From IMG/VR virus record IMGVR_UViG_3300005805_009577, positions 1 to 64,000 of that record: a stretch of 64,000 nt of DNA, one strand, 5' to 3'. Positions within the stretch are counted from its first letter, which is position 1. The number at the start of each line of letters is the position of its first letter. The position numbers and the translations under genes are program-made. Below the pieces are notes generated by a model. That model saw only the letters and a list, made by a program, of their open reading frames with translations, was not told the DNA's origin and searched no databases. The DNA is from a virus. Of the stretch, positions 27,453-37,480 are shown piece after piece.

Positions 27453-27488
27453 TAACCCTGGGTTAGAGTAAAATCTAACCCAGGGTTA
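27453..27488 (+). terminator. Perfect 15-bp hairpin
   Basis: TAACCCTGGGTTAGA-GTAAAA-TCTAACCCAGGGTTA followed by TTCTTTTT. Confidence 0.75.
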
Positions 27489-27513
27489 TTCTTTTTATAA
27501 TTAAGGATTAAAA

Positions 27514-27660
27514 ATGGAATACATTATTATTATTGCAATTTTAGTTGCTCTTTTTAAAGGACTCTTTGCTCCTGACACTAATAGCACTTCTTATAGGTTG
27601 GGTAGAGGATTGGGCAATAAAACAAGAAAACTTGGCGAGTGGATCATGAAAGATGACTAA
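27514..27660 (+). CDS. 48-aa membrane-anchored protein (absent from the ORF track)
   Basis: AAGGA RBS; MEYIIIIAILVALFKGLFA. Confidence 0.55.
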   Translation: MEYIIIIAILVALFKGLFAPDTNSTSYRLGRGLGNKTRKLGEWIMKDD

Positions 27661-28439
27661 TGATCACTTTCAGCCGAATGGGAAAACATGGGCGATTAGG
27701 AAACCAAATGTTTCAATATGCAACTTTGTACTCAGTTGCAAAAAAAAATAATTATGAATTTGGTATTCCTTTTAAACAAAAGAGTGAAAGTTCATATTTT
27801 AATCTTCAAATAGACGAGTGCTTTCCTAATCTATCTGCAAAAGATTCCAGCAATATAGAATCAAAAAATACTTATTTAGAAACATCTTTTAAATATGATG
27901 ATTCTATTTTTAGTATAGAGGATAACACTAATATATGTGGTAACTTTCAATCAGAAAAATACTTTAAAAACTATAAGCAAGATATAAAACAAGAGTTTGA
28001 ATTTTGTGATCGAGTTTTAGAGCAAACTCAATCTATTTTATCTAAGTTTATGGAACCTCCAATTGCATTACATATAAGAATGGGAGACTATAAGATATCG
28101 GGAGGAAAGCATCCCATATGCAATATAGATTATTATAAAAATGCCCTACAGGAAGTTCCAGATTCTTCGCCGCTATTTGTTTTTAGCGATGAACCAAATT
28201 CGGTAAAAGAGCATTTAAAGAATTTAAATAGATCATACAAAATTTATACAGACACAACTGCCGAACAAGATTTATGTTTAATGGTTCATTGTGATTATCA
28301 CATAATTGCCAATAGCAGTTTTTCCTGGTGGGGAGCTTGGCTAAGTAACTCAAAAAAAGTTATCGCACCTTATCAGTGGTTTGGAGATAGAAGTTTTGAC
28401 TGGTCATATATTTATTGTGAAAATTGGAGTGTAATATGA
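27660..28439 (+). CDS. Alpha-1,2-fucosyltransferase (GT11)
   Basis: GRLGNQMFQYA, GNFQSEKYF, LHIRMGDY, VFSD, IIANSSFSWWGAWL. Confidence 0.92.
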   Translation: MITFSRMGKHGRLGNQMFQYATLYSVAKKNNYEFGIPFKQKSESSYFNLQIDECFPNLSAKDSSNIESKNTYLETSFKYDDSIFSIEDNTNICGNFQSEKYFKNYKQDIKQEFEFCDRVLEQTQSILSKFMEPPIALHIRMGDYKISGGKHPICNIDYYKNALQEVPDSSPLFVFSDEPNSVKEHLKNLNRSYKIYTDTTAEQDLCLMVHCDYHIIANSSFSWWGAWLSNSKKVIAPYQWFGDRSFDWSYIYCENWSVI

Positions 28440-28822
28440 TCGATACACAAAAATTTGGCGGATATAATGATGCACCGCCTAATATGATAGAGTTAACTGA
28501 AAAAGAATGGGTTCAGAGTGGTTATTTTTCTAGAGAACCTGTTTTTAAAGAATTCAGACAATTTATTATCAAGAGTCTAAACGGCAGAGACACTTATCAT
28601 AATTTTAATTTGCATTACATGGATGAAAATTCTGGCTTTGCTATAACCCACGAATTTTATGAAGGCAAAGTAAGAGTCTTTAAGTTTGGGTGTGATCACA
28701 AGTATAAAGAACTATGTTATAAAGAATGTATTGATAAGGGCATTACGCATTTTGGCGGATGTTATCACGTTAACGAGTGTGAAAACTGCGGTCACGTTTT
28801 GAGTTACGATAGTGGCGATTGA
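28424..28822 (+). CDS. Hypothetical protein with a C-terminal Zn-ribbon-like end
   Basis: CDHKY...CYH...CENCG. Confidence 0.65.
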   Translation: MECNMIDTQKFGGYNDAPPNMIELTEKEWVQSGYFSREPVFKEFRQFIIKSLNGRDTYHNFNLHYMDENSGFAITHEFYEGKVRVFKFGCDHKYKELCYKECIDKGITHFGGCYHVNECENCGHVLSYDSGD

Positions 28823-29441
28823 AACTACAAAAAAGAAAAACTCTGAATTATCTGCTTTTGATAATACAAAAGCAGATATTTACCCGTATTATATTTACGT
28901 AGACATATTAAATCATGAAAAATCTAAAGAAACAAAAAAATTATACGACAGTTTAGCATTATATTTAAAAGATTTATCTGCAACCATATTCCATAAAACA
29001 AAAATACCAGCATCAAATTTTAGATTTTTTTGGGATGGAATTGGGTGTTTAGAATACGGCCCAGCCAAATACACACAAGAACATTCAATAAGTATTTGTC
29101 TTCAAGTAAAGCTGTCTAGTGATTCGTGGCAAGAATCCTCTATCATAAATCCTATTACCATAAATCCTATGATACCACAAACAGTATCTAATAATTGTGT
29201 AGTTTTACATTCCAGATATCGCATTAAACATAATATTTTTGAAAATGAAATATCAATTAACAATCTTTACTGTAAAAGTTTTGCTGAAGATGATGAAATT
29301 ATAGAAACTTATAAAAATCTTAGAAACAACGATATAATTAAAGTCATGCAAAATTTTGTACAAATTACGCCAAAAATTGTATCTAAAAATCAACTAAAGT
29401 TTTATGCTGCAAATACCCACGTAATTTTTACTGGAAAATAA
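28812..29441 (+). CDS. Hypothetical protein
   Basis: 209-aa ORF. Confidence 0.65.
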   Translation: MAIETTKKKNSELSAFDNTKADIYPYYIYVDILNHEKSKETKKLYDSLALYLKDLSATIFHKTKIPASNFRFFWDGIGCLEYGPAKYTQEHSISICLQVKLSSDSWQESSIINPITINPMIPQTVSNNCVVLHSRYRIKHNIFENEISINNLYCKSFAEDDEIIETYKNLRNNDIIKVMQNFVQITPKIVSKNQLKFYAANTHVIFTGK

Positions 29442-29453
29442 ACTCTTTTTTCG

Positions 29454-29459
29454 AGTACG
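29454..29459 (+). promoter_or_regulatory. RGTACG motif, copy 6
   Basis: CTCTTTTTTCG-AGTACG, 25 nt before ATG 29485. Confidence 0.55.
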
Positions 29460-29484
29460 CCCTAGACGTAACAAGGAGAATAAA

Positions 29485-30567
29485 ATGCTTGTAGAATCAG
29501 CAAGTTTATATTTTAAGGCAGGAGCCAGCGACAAAGTTTATAATGCTACAATTGAAAATATTAAAGAAGGATATGTAGTAAACTTTGCTTATGGTCGAAG
29601 AGGAAGTGCTTTAAAGTCAGGCACTAAAACTAATTCTCCTGTTACTATTAGTGAAGCAAAAGACATATTCAACAAGCTTCTTAAGGAGAAGATGGGCAAA
29701 GGATATAAGCAAATAGAAGAAGCTCTTGCCAATTCTATTCACGTTGCAGAAAACCCACCCGATACTCCGGTTGAGTCTAAGTGTGTTCTTTTAAATCCTA
29801 TTGAAGAAAACCAGGTTCAAAAGTATTTAGAAGATGACAATTGGCTTGCTCAATGTAAGTTTGATGGTGTAAGGTTTATGTTGAGCAAAGAAGGAACAAG
29901 TGTAAAAGGACATAACCGCAGAGGTTTGTGGACAAACATACCAGTAGATATTTGGAATGGAGTTCAAAATTGCTGTGAATTCTTTATAGATGGAGAGTTG
30001 ATTGGCGATACTTATCATGTTTTTGATATTCTTAGTTTAGAAGGTAAAGATTTAAAAGACAAGCCTTTGTCTGAAAGAATTAAACACTTAAATGACTTTC
30101 TTGGAAAATTAAAAGTCGATAGCATCAAAAATACAAAATACTATGGCGGATCTGAAAAGAAGAATTTTTATCAAAAACTCTTGTCAGATAATGATGAAGG
30201 AATTGTTTTTAAGAAAAAAGATGCACAGTATTATGTAGGCCGTCCTGCAAGTGGTGGAGATTATTTAAAATACAAGTTTTATAGCACTTGTAGTTGTGTA
30301 GTTAGCGGAGTAAATAAAAAACGAAGCGTGACCATCAGCCTTTATAAAAACAAAAAGATTGTTGATGCTGGAAAAGTTGCTGTTCCTGTTAATCATGAAC
30401 TTCCCGAAAAAGGAAGTGTGATCGAAGTAAAATACTTGTATGCTAGAAAGCAATCTGGTAGACTCTACCAACCTATCTATATTGGTCAACGGTCTGATAT
30501 TTTGCCTAATGAATGCCAGCAAGATCAATTAAAGTATAAAAAAGAAGAAGAATCTGACGAAGTTTAG
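29485..30567 (+). CDS. WGR-domain ATP-dependent DNA ligase
   Basis: SDKVY...FAYGRRG (WGR); KFDGVR, IDGELI, VFDIL, EGIVFK, LKYK; OB region EVKYLY...LYQP. Confidence 0.88.
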   Translation: MLVESASLYFKAGASDKVYNATIENIKEGYVVNFAYGRRGSALKSGTKTNSPVTISEAKDIFNKLLKEKMGKGYKQIEEALANSIHVAENPPDTPVESKCVLLNPIEENQVQKYLEDDNWLAQCKFDGVRFMLSKEGTSVKGHNRRGLWTNIPVDIWNGVQNCCEFFIDGELIGDTYHVFDILSLEGKDLKDKPLSERIKHLNDFLGKLKVDSIKNTKYYGGSEKKNFYQKLLSDNDEGIVFKKKDAQYYVGRPASGGDYLKYKFYSTCSCVVSGVNKKRSVTISLYKNKKIVDAGKVAVPVNHELPEKGSVIEVKYLYARKQSGRLYQPIYIGQRSDILPNECQQDQLKYKKEEESDEV

Positions 30568-30580
30568 TTTAAAGAAATAT

Positions 30581-30802
30581 ATGAAACTTATAATTCAAAA
30601 AGTTGATGGAAGTGTTCATGCTTATTTAGAAGACGAAAATAGGTTTAAAGTAAATGAAAAAGACCGAGAAGATCTTAAGAAAATTTCTCACGAAGTGTTA
30701 AATTTAGAATGTGATTTAAAGTACTTTCCGGAAAATTCATATTTAACTCTTGATTTGCACCATCTTTATGATTTTGTAAAATCAAATAAAATTCTAAGGT
30801 AG
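30581..30802 (+). CDS. Hypothetical protein
   Basis: 73-aa ORF. Confidence 0.55.
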   Translation: MKLIIQKVDGSVHAYLEDENRFKVNEKDREDLKKISHEVLNLECDLKYFPENSYLTLDLHHLYDFVKSNKILR

Positions 30803-30806
30803 TTTT

Positions 30807-31226
30807 ATGAGCAAGCCTTGGATTCATGCAAAAAACAGTGCTAGAAAATTCGGCGGCAAGCCAGAAGACTATATTGAAATCCATAATTTTATGGACAGCA
30901 GTAAAAGTTGTATTGCCGATAACAGACACAGGGCATTGACCCATAACAGTTGGTTCATTGGTGCAAACGGCCCGCTTGAAAGAATATTTGGCCCTGTAAT
31001 TCAGAACAGTAGCGGCAAAGAGGTTTCTGTACGAGATATAGGCGAACAGCATATACTAGAAGACTTTGGGATGAAGTTTATTCCCACCGCACAAGATTAT
31101 TTGCAAGAAATCGAATTTAAAAGTTGGATGAATAATGGAAAAGATTCCATCCCAAGCAGTTTCAAGAAGATAGAAAAAACAAAAGTTAGAAAAACAGTTC
31201 GAACCCTTAAAATTTTAGGAGATTGA
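30807..31226 (+). CDS. DUF6915-like protein (copy 2)
   Basis: MSKPWIHAKNSARKFGGKPEDY.EIH.FMDSSK...RHRALTHNSW...IGEQHILED. Confidence 0.75.
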   Translation: MSKPWIHAKNSARKFGGKPEDYIEIHNFMDSSKSCIADNRHRALTHNSWFIGANGPLERIFGPVIQNSSGKEVSVRDIGEQHILEDFGMKFIPTAQDYLQEIEFKSWMNNGKDSIPSSFKKIEKTKVRKTVRTLKILGD

Positions 31227-31228
31227 AA

Positions 31229-31831
31229 ATGGCTAAGACTACTAAGACTAAGACCGCCAAGACCAAAAAAGCTTTAGATTCTTTTTCAGAGTCTAAGAAG
31301 CTAAAAAATAAAATTGAAAAGACACAGAATGAAATCGAAAAGCTCAGAACGCAGCTTAATAAAGACGGAGAAAAGTTATTTCAAGTAAGTTGCAAAGAAA
31401 TATTTAACAAGCATGATTTTAAAAGTTTTGCTTGGACGCAATACACCCCTCATTGGAATGACGGCGATGAATGCACATTCCACGCCCACACAGACTCTAT
31501 TTATATTGATGGCGAAGAAGATGAAGAAGATTATTACAACTTAGAAAACTTTATTAAAGATCTTAAGCAAAAAGATAAGTCGATTAAGAAGCTCGAAGAA
31601 GAGTTAAAAAGCAGCAAGCAGGATTGGGAAATTAATAGTAAGAAAGAGAGAATCAAACAATTAAATAGTGCTAATCTAGAAGATGTAGAAAAAAGATATG
31701 AGTTTTTGAAAGATGTTATTGATCTTCTGGAGACCATAGACAGCGATACTTTTCAAGAAATGTTTGGAGATCATGCAAAAGTAGTGGTTTCCAAAAATAA
31801 CGTCGAGGTAGAATCTTACGAACACGATTAA
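31229..31831 (+). CDS. Hypothetical phage protein with a WTQYTPxWNDGDxCxF motif
   Basis: SFAWTQYTPHWNDGDECTF...MFGDHAKV...YEHD. Confidence 0.75.
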   Translation: MAKTTKTKTAKTKKALDSFSESKKLKNKIEKTQNEIEKLRTQLNKDGEKLFQVSCKEIFNKHDFKSFAWTQYTPHWNDGDECTFHAHTDSIYIDGEEDEEDYYNLENFIKDLKQKDKSIKKLEEELKSSKQDWEINSKKERIKQLNSANLEDVEKRYEFLKDVIDLLETIDSDTFQEMFGDHAKVVVSKNNVEVESYEHD

Positions 31832-31833
31832 AC

Positions 31834-32514
31834 ATGGAATTAGAAATTAACAACTTTATAAATTACTTAACTAACACCTATGCTAATTACATAGACACGA
31901 TACACAATTTCGTTCCAGCTTCATATAAAAGTAGTATGACGGGTGAATTCGGTGGACTTAACACAAAGTATGCTAGAATTTTAATTGTTATAAATAGAAG
32001 AAGTTATTTAGAAAGTTATTATAAAAGAGTTCAGCAAAGTGTAGACATAGATTTAATTAAAAAGCAAATAGGATACAATTTTTTACTGGTTAAAGAGACA
32101 GGATTACTAGATCAGGAACAGTTTAATAATTTTCTTGAAAATTTATTAAAGTTTTACTCTGGTCCGATGTACAGAGTAGAGAGTCTTTTTAGAAAATGTA
32201 AGTTTGCTTCTCATAAAGATTCCAGGATTGGCGACGAATTTGACCCCTTAAATTACAGAGAATATTCTCAAATAACCAACCCTTTAAGGAACAATGAAAA
32301 TTTAATTAGCGAGGCATATCTTAGATATATTACTAAATGGCCAGAAGAAAACATAGAATATATTCATAGTTTTATATCTTTGGAAGATTTCGAAGATATT
32401 CAGTCCGGAGATATACTCGGAGTAAAAGATTATAATAAGCCAGATAAATTAAAAATAATGGGAAATGTAAATAGACCAACTTCATATTTTGATGTTGATT
32501 GGAGAACAAATTGA
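31834..32514 (+). CDS. Hypothetical protein
   Basis: 226-aa ORF. Confidence 0.65.
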   Translation: MELEINNFINYLTNTYANYIDTIHNFVPASYKSSMTGEFGGLNTKYARILIVINRRSYLESYYKRVQQSVDIDLIKKQIGYNFLLVKETGLLDQEQFNNFLENLLKFYSGPMYRVESLFRKCKFASHKDSRIGDEFDPLNYREYSQITNPLRNNENLISEAYLRYITKWPEENIEYIHSFISLEDFEDIQSGDILGVKDYNKPDKLKIMGNVNRPTSYFDVDWRTN

Positions 32515-33290
32515 TTAATTTGGATACAAGATTATCTGATATCGCTTATAAAAGTGCATCGCAAGCCAGAAAAGAAATAGGCATATCATATTTGGGCTCT
32601 GTTAATTTGACAGCAAAACATTCTAAGGCTTTTGACTACGACGAACTGACTTACTCGCTCTATTTAGCCCCAGCAGATATGTCTGGATATGAAGTTTGTC
32701 CCAAGAGAAATAAAGAATGTACTTTGCTTTGTCTGAATGAATCCGGTCATAATAAAATTGATGTAAAAGAAAACAGAATTAATAAAAGCAGAATAATTAA
32801 AACAAAATTATTTTTTGAGAACAGAGAGGTTTTTGTTCGTTTGTTATCAGACGAAATTAATAGTACTAAAAAGAAAGCAGATAAGCAAAACTATAATTTT
32901 TCTGTAAGACTTAATAATACAAGCGACGTAAGTCCTGAAAGATTTAGACTTGGTGAAAAAAACATACTTCAAATTTTTCCTGAATATAAATTTTATGACT
33001 ATACAAAGGTCTTTAGTAGAATACATTTATTAGAAAAGTACGAAAATTATGACTTGACTTTTAGTTACGACGGGTATAATTGGGACGATTGTCTGAAGGC
33101 TCTTGAAAAAAATGTTAGAGTGGCCGTCGTTTTCAAAGACAAAATACCGGATAAATATAGAGGCATAGATGTTTTAAATGGCGACAAATATGATATGAGA
33201 TATAGAGATCCTAAAAATGTTCTTATTGGACTGAAATTTAAAGAGGTCAGAAACAAAATAGATTCTTCAAATTTTGTTGTGAGTGTATAA
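32499..33290 (+). CDS. GP88-like phage protein
   Basis: SLYLAPA...VCP...CTLLCL..SG, VRLNNTSD, FYDYTK, LTFSY, NGDKYDMR..D, GLKFK. Confidence 0.75.
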   Translation: MENKLINLDTRLSDIAYKSASQARKEIGISYLGSVNLTAKHSKAFDYDELTYSLYLAPADMSGYEVCPKRNKECTLLCLNESGHNKIDVKENRINKSRIIKTKLFFENREVFVRLLSDEINSTKKKADKQNYNFSVRLNNTSDVSPERFRLGEKNILQIFPEYKFYDYTKVFSRIHLLEKYENYDLTFSYDGYNWDDCLKALEKNVRVAVVFKDKIPDKYRGIDVLNGDKYDMRYRDPKNVLIGLKFKEVRNKIDSSNFVVSV

Positions 33291-33330
33291 AATTATCTTT
33301 TAAACACAAAAAAACTAAAAGCGTATAGGG

Positions 33331-33336
33331 AGTACG
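33331..33336 (+). promoter_or_regulatory. RGTACG motif, copy 7
   Basis: AGTACG inside a short AGGGA/TCCCT stem, upstream of the AAA operon. Confidence 0.5.
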
Positions 33337-33382
33337 CTATCCCTGTGTCGTCGGGCTACATTATAAACCAAACTATAAAGGA

Positions 33383-34453
33383 TTGAAAAAAATGTCAACT
33401 GATCTTATTAATCGCAACATTATTTCCGAAAATCTTTCAGACGTTATTAAACGCAACCGAAAGCGTGATCGTCCTATTATGATTTTCGGAGCCCCTGGAG
33501 TTGGTAAGTCTGAACAAGTTCAGGCTTCTATTGAACAGGGCGAATACTGTATTGATCTTCGTCTTAATAATCTTGAGAGCATTGACCTTCGTGGTTTACC
33601 TATCATTAGTAATGATGAAAAAGGTAATCCTAAAAAGGTTACTTGGGTACGTCCAGAATTTCTTCCAGAGTTGGGCGGCGGCATTTTGTTTCTGGATGAA
33701 ATTAATACTGCCCCTCCGAGTGTGCAAAATCCTGCCTTGCAGCTTGTTTTAGATAGAAAGATTGGCAATCATCATCTTGGTGATGGCTGGTATATTGTTG
33801 CTGCTGGCAATCGAAGCGAAGATAAGGCACATGTTAATCCGCTTAGTTCTGCACTTATAGCAAGATTTGCGGTTTATGATTATGTTCCTAGTGTTGAAGG
33901 ATGGCTTGATTGGGCTATTAAGCATAATATTCATTCTGATGTTGTGGGCTTCATTAGCTTTAGGAAAGAGCTTTTGCTGCAACCTATTGTTGATGAATAT
34001 ACTCCTTCTGCAAATCCTAGAGCCTGGAGTTATGTTTCTGATGCTCTTAAACTTGATCATAGGATGCTTTGCGATGTTAGGGCTTGCGTTGGCGGTGCTG
34101 CCGGTGAGTTTATGGCATACCTTGACGTTTGCAAAAGCTTGCCTGATATGGATAAGTTAATTTCCGGAAAGAGCAAGTGGAAGGAAGATAAGAAAAAGAT
34201 TAGTGTGAGCTATGCTGTGGCAAGTGCTTTGGCTTCTCACTTAATTGAAAGTAAGGCACCTGAAAAGATTTTTGAGAATTGTGCAAACGTTCTGATTGAT
34301 ATTAGTCCTGAGCCTGCCGCTTTGTTTATCAAGCGGATTATGAATGATCCAAGGGCTAGTAAGATCAGAGAAATTGCTTATGAAAGCGAGAATATCTCTA
34401 AGTGGCTTGATAAAAACAATGAGCTGATTAAGACCAGCGTTGCACTTAGCTGA
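33383..34453 (+). CDS. MoxR-like AAA+ ATPase (pair 1)
   Basis: GAPGVGKS, DLRGLP, LFLDEIN, AAGNR, ALIARF, ANPRAW. Confidence 0.9.
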   Translation: MKKMSTDLINRNIISENLSDVIKRNRKRDRPIMIFGAPGVGKSEQVQASIEQGEYCIDLRLNNLESIDLRGLPIISNDEKGNPKKVTWVRPEFLPELGGGILFLDEINTAPPSVQNPALQLVLDRKIGNHHLGDGWYIVAAGNRSEDKAHVNPLSSALIARFAVYDYVPSVEGWLDWAIKHNIHSDVVGFISFRKELLLQPIVDEYTPSANPRAWSYVSDALKLDHRMLCDVRACVGGAAGEFMAYLDVCKSLPDMDKLISGKSKWKEDKKKISVSYAVASALASHLIESKAPEKIFENCANVLIDISPEPAALFIKRIMNDPRASKIREIAYESENISKWLDKNNELIKTSVALS

Positions 34454-34469
34454 ATTAAAGGAGTTAATA

Positions 34470-35801
34470 ATGCCTGCAACAAAAAAGCCAAAAAAGACTG
34501 ATAGTTCTGTGGTTACACAAGAAGAAGAAGAGCTTTTTAGAAAACGCATAGACGCTATTCTTTTCGCTTTTGCACATCATTATCCTTTTTGGGGTGTGCT
34601 AAGCGAAAGGTGCAAGTATAGCGTAACTAAGACTGCTATTCCTACCGCTTGTGTGGACAAAGAAGGTCACATTTTATTTAACTACGACTTTTGCAAAGAG
34701 TTAACGGACCATCAGTTTCTTTTCTTGACTGCTCACGAAATTAGCCACTTTGTTTTTGAGCATAACCCAAGAAGAAGTAATAGAGATCCTCAAATTTGGA
34801 ATATTGCTGTAGATTACGCAGTTAATTTGATGCTCTGGTTTCAGTTCAGCCAGGACCGCTACTTTATTAAGGGTGGCGTTTTTGATGAAAGCTGGAGAAC
34901 AGATAAGCCTAAGTGGGAGGATATTAACGCAGAGCAGATTTATGCCGAGCTTATGAAAACTGCCACCAAGATTAAAATAAATATCATGGATATTATGGGT
35001 GACGAGCAAAATAGCAATGGTGAAGGTCAAGATGGAGAAGGCGGAGGAAAGGGCGAAGAAGAAGGCGAAGGAAATGGAAATGGAAATGGAAATGGAATAA
35101 CTGTTGTTCGCGATCGAAGAGTTCCTTTGCCTGATAAAAAGGGAAAATCTAAAGAGCAAGCTTCACAAGAACTTAAAGACTTTGTTGGCAAGGCTATTTG
35201 TGATGCTTATACTGTTGCTAAGTCTCAAGGCGATATGCCTGCTGGACTTGAGCGAGCAATTAATCGTCACTTAAAAGCAAAGGTTGACTGGATTACTGCA
35301 CTTCGCCAGAAGATGCGGTTTGGAACAAGCAGGCTTGAAAAGCGTGATACAACTTGGAATTATCCTAATAAAAGGTTTTTAGGAAGAAATTACGTTATTC
35401 CTAGTAGCACTGGTCCTACTTCTCCTAAGATTGCTTATGCAATTGATACTAGTGGAAGTATGAGCGAAGAGGACTTAGCTAATGCTATGGCTGAACTAGA
35501 AGACCTTAGAAAAAAGCTGAATGCTAAAGTTTACTTTTTAGATTGCGATGCTGGCGTATATGAAAGTCGTTGGATAAATCCCCAAGAACCTCTTCCGAAA
35601 CTTTCGGGTGGCGGCGGCACTGACTTTAGACCTGTATTTGAGCATCTTAAAAATAACGGCATCAAACCAGATTATTGTGTATTCTTTACAGATGGTTACG
35701 GTGAATTTGGAGACAAGCCTGCATTAGATGTTCTTTGGGTGCTTACTAGCGATGTTAAGCCTCCATTTGGCGAAGTTATTCGCTATAATGATTTAAATTA
35801 G
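34470..35801 (+). CDS. DUF2201-type HEXXH metallopeptidase-like plus VWA-like protein
   Basis: TACVD, AHEISH, WNIAVDYAVN, IDTSGSMS, GGGGTDFRP, VFFTDG; AAGGAG RBS. Confidence 0.88.
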   Translation: MPATKKPKKTDSSVVTQEEEELFRKRIDAILFAFAHHYPFWGVLSERCKYSVTKTAIPTACVDKEGHILFNYDFCKELTDHQFLFLTAHEISHFVFEHNPRRSNRDPQIWNIAVDYAVNLMLWFQFSQDRYFIKGGVFDESWRTDKPKWEDINAEQIYAELMKTATKIKINIMDIMGDEQNSNGEGQDGEGGGKGEEEGEGNGNGNGNGITVVRDRRVPLPDKKGKSKEQASQELKDFVGKAICDAYTVAKSQGDMPAGLERAINRHLKAKVDWITALRQKMRFGTSRLEKRDTTWNYPNKRFLGRNYVIPSSTGPTSPKIAYAIDTSGSMSEEDLANAMAELEDLRKKLNAKVYFLDCDAGVYESRWINPQEPLPKLSGGGGTDFRPVFEHLKNNGIKPDYCVFFTDGYGEFGDKPALDVLWVLTSDVKPPFGEVIRYNDLN

Positions 35802-35808
35802 AGTCGCA

Positions 35809-35982
35809 ATGAAATTTTGGCAACTAGAAAAATTTTGTTTAGAAAATGCTTACACTGTAAAGCGTATTGGTAAAAATTATCAATGGAAAAAGAACGGCGA
35901 AGATAAGTTTGGCGAAGCAGATACTGTTGTGGAGACATACGAAGAAATAAAAAAAGATATAGAAAATAATAAAAATGCCTAA
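35809..35982 (+). CDS. 57-aa hypothetical protein (absent from the ORF track); resembles 40809..41024
   Basis: MKFWQLEKFCLENAYTVKRIGKNYQWKK; overlaps the next start. Confidence 0.6.
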   Translation: MKFWQLEKFCLENAYTVKRIGKNYQWKKNGEDKFGEADTVVETYEEIKKDIENNKNA

Positions 35983-36823
35983 TTCTTATTTTGAATTTTT
36001 GAGCAATTTAGAATCAAAAGATGTTGATTCTACTATTGAAAAACTATTTGCAGAAACCAAAAAAATAAGCGGAAAATTTGACATATATGAACATCCATCG
36101 CCTGCGAAAAATCCAATTAACTGGATACTTTTTGTTAGAAGCGAAAAGTACTGCAGCACTTATGTCAATAATTACAAACTTATAGTTGGAGAGGATAAAG
36201 ATAGCTTTCCTTGCTTTAAAGTATTGATGGAAAAATGGCATCATTATGCAAAAACTAGTGCTTTGTTAGCTTTAGAGTATATGAAGTTTGTTGAATCATA
36301 TATGACAGCAGAGCAAAGATCTATTTGTGTGGGTTTGCCCAAAGAAGTATCAGAGGCAATGCCTTTAATACTAGACAACTCTGATGCGTCTTTAGGCTAT
36401 GCAATTCTTAAAGGTTCAAAACATGGTAAAAAAAGATTCTTAGAAGGCGAGTCAGCTATATTTAAATCTCCTACAAACACTTTAAAGTATATTACTTTTT
36501 TAGGATACGATACCAATAAAAACATTCCAGAAGATATTTTAGATAAAGTTGAAAAGTCTTTGAGCAAAGACGCAGAGTGTTCTTTAGAGTATGCCTTAAC
36601 AATAAAAAATAAAAGATTTCCTTTGGGAGAGAAGGCTATTTCTAAAGATGCTGCTTGTTCTTTCGCCTATGCAAAACAAATTATTTGTGGTAGATTTGAA
36701 ATGGGAGAGAAAGCAATCTCAGAGAGAGAAGACTTGAGTCTAAAGTATGCAGTCTCTGTTTTGGGTGGCGAACTTCCATACGAAATGCACAAAAAAATGA
36801 AGCTCGGCAGTTTTGCTAATTAA
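35975..36823 (+). CDS. Helical-repeat protein (xYAxxxxxGR[F/L]PxxE repeats)
   Basis: SLEYALTIKNKRFPLGEKAI / SFAYAKQIICGRFEMGEKAI / SLKYAVSVLGGELP. Confidence 0.7.
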   Translation: MPNSYFEFLSNLESKDVDSTIEKLFAETKKISGKFDIYEHPSPAKNPINWILFVRSEKYCSTYVNNYKLIVGEDKDSFPCFKVLMEKWHHYAKTSALLALEYMKFVESYMTAEQRSICVGLPKEVSEAMPLILDNSDASLGYAILKGSKHGKKRFLEGESAIFKSPTNTLKYITFLGYDTNKNIPEDILDKVEKSLSKDAECSLEYALTIKNKRFPLGEKAISKDAACSFAYAKQIICGRFEMGEKAISEREDLSLKYAVSVLGGELPYEMHKKMKLGSFAN

Positions 36824-36829
36824 TCAAGG

Positions 36830-37147
36830 ATGGTAGAAATGAATCTGAAAAGTTTTTACGACAGAGTTGTTAAAAACCATTTTTATTTTTTAAATGATCC
36901 TGTAATAAGGATTTACGATGGCGTCAAACTGATTTCAGAATATGATTATTGTGTAGAAAGAGACAACGATCTTGTTTTTGTTGACAATACAGCTCAAACT
37001 CCTGCTTTTGCACTGCCTATTAATCAACAAATTTTAATTATTAAAGATGGTATTTTTCTAATACATCAAAATAAAAAAATTACAATTAAGTTTTATTCTT
37101 GTAATGATCAAATAACGAATTTAGAGAATTTATTCAATGAGTCTTAA
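36830..37147 (+). CDS. Hypothetical protein
   Basis: 105-aa ORF. Confidence 0.6.
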   Translation: MVEMNLKSFYDRVVKNHFYFLNDPVIRIYDGVKLISEYDYCVERDNDLVFVDNTAQTPAFALPINQQILIIKDGIFLIHQNKKITIKFYSCNDQITNLENLFNES

Positions 37148-37472
37148 TGAAGATCTTAAAAATAAATTGGTTGAAAACAAAATTATAAAAAAAGAAGACA
37201 TAGAAGATGCTCCTAACTGGGCACTTAATTTGGGAGCACTTCTTTTAAAGATGAGTGAAATAGAAGATTATTGTTCTCTTGGAGTTAATAAGTTTGATGA
37301 ACAAAAATTTTTAGAAGAAATTTATAAAGTTCAAGACTTGATAGATTTAAAAAATTGTGATAAAGTAAGCCAGAACTATGAAGAAAAAATGGAAAGCTTT
37401 CCTATAGGCGTTCCTGTAAAATTGATTCCTTGTTTAAGACAAGTTATGGGTGAATTAAAAGAAAAGTTGTAG
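37137..37472 (+). CDS. Hypothetical protein
   Basis: 111-aa coupled ORF. Confidence 0.6.
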   Translation: MSLNEDLKNKLVENKIIKKEDIEDAPNWALNLGALLLKMSEIEDYCSLGVNKFDEQKFLEEIYKVQDLIDLKNCDKVSQNYEEKMESFPIGVPVKLIPCLRQVMGELKEKL

Positions 37473-37480
37473 AAAATTAA

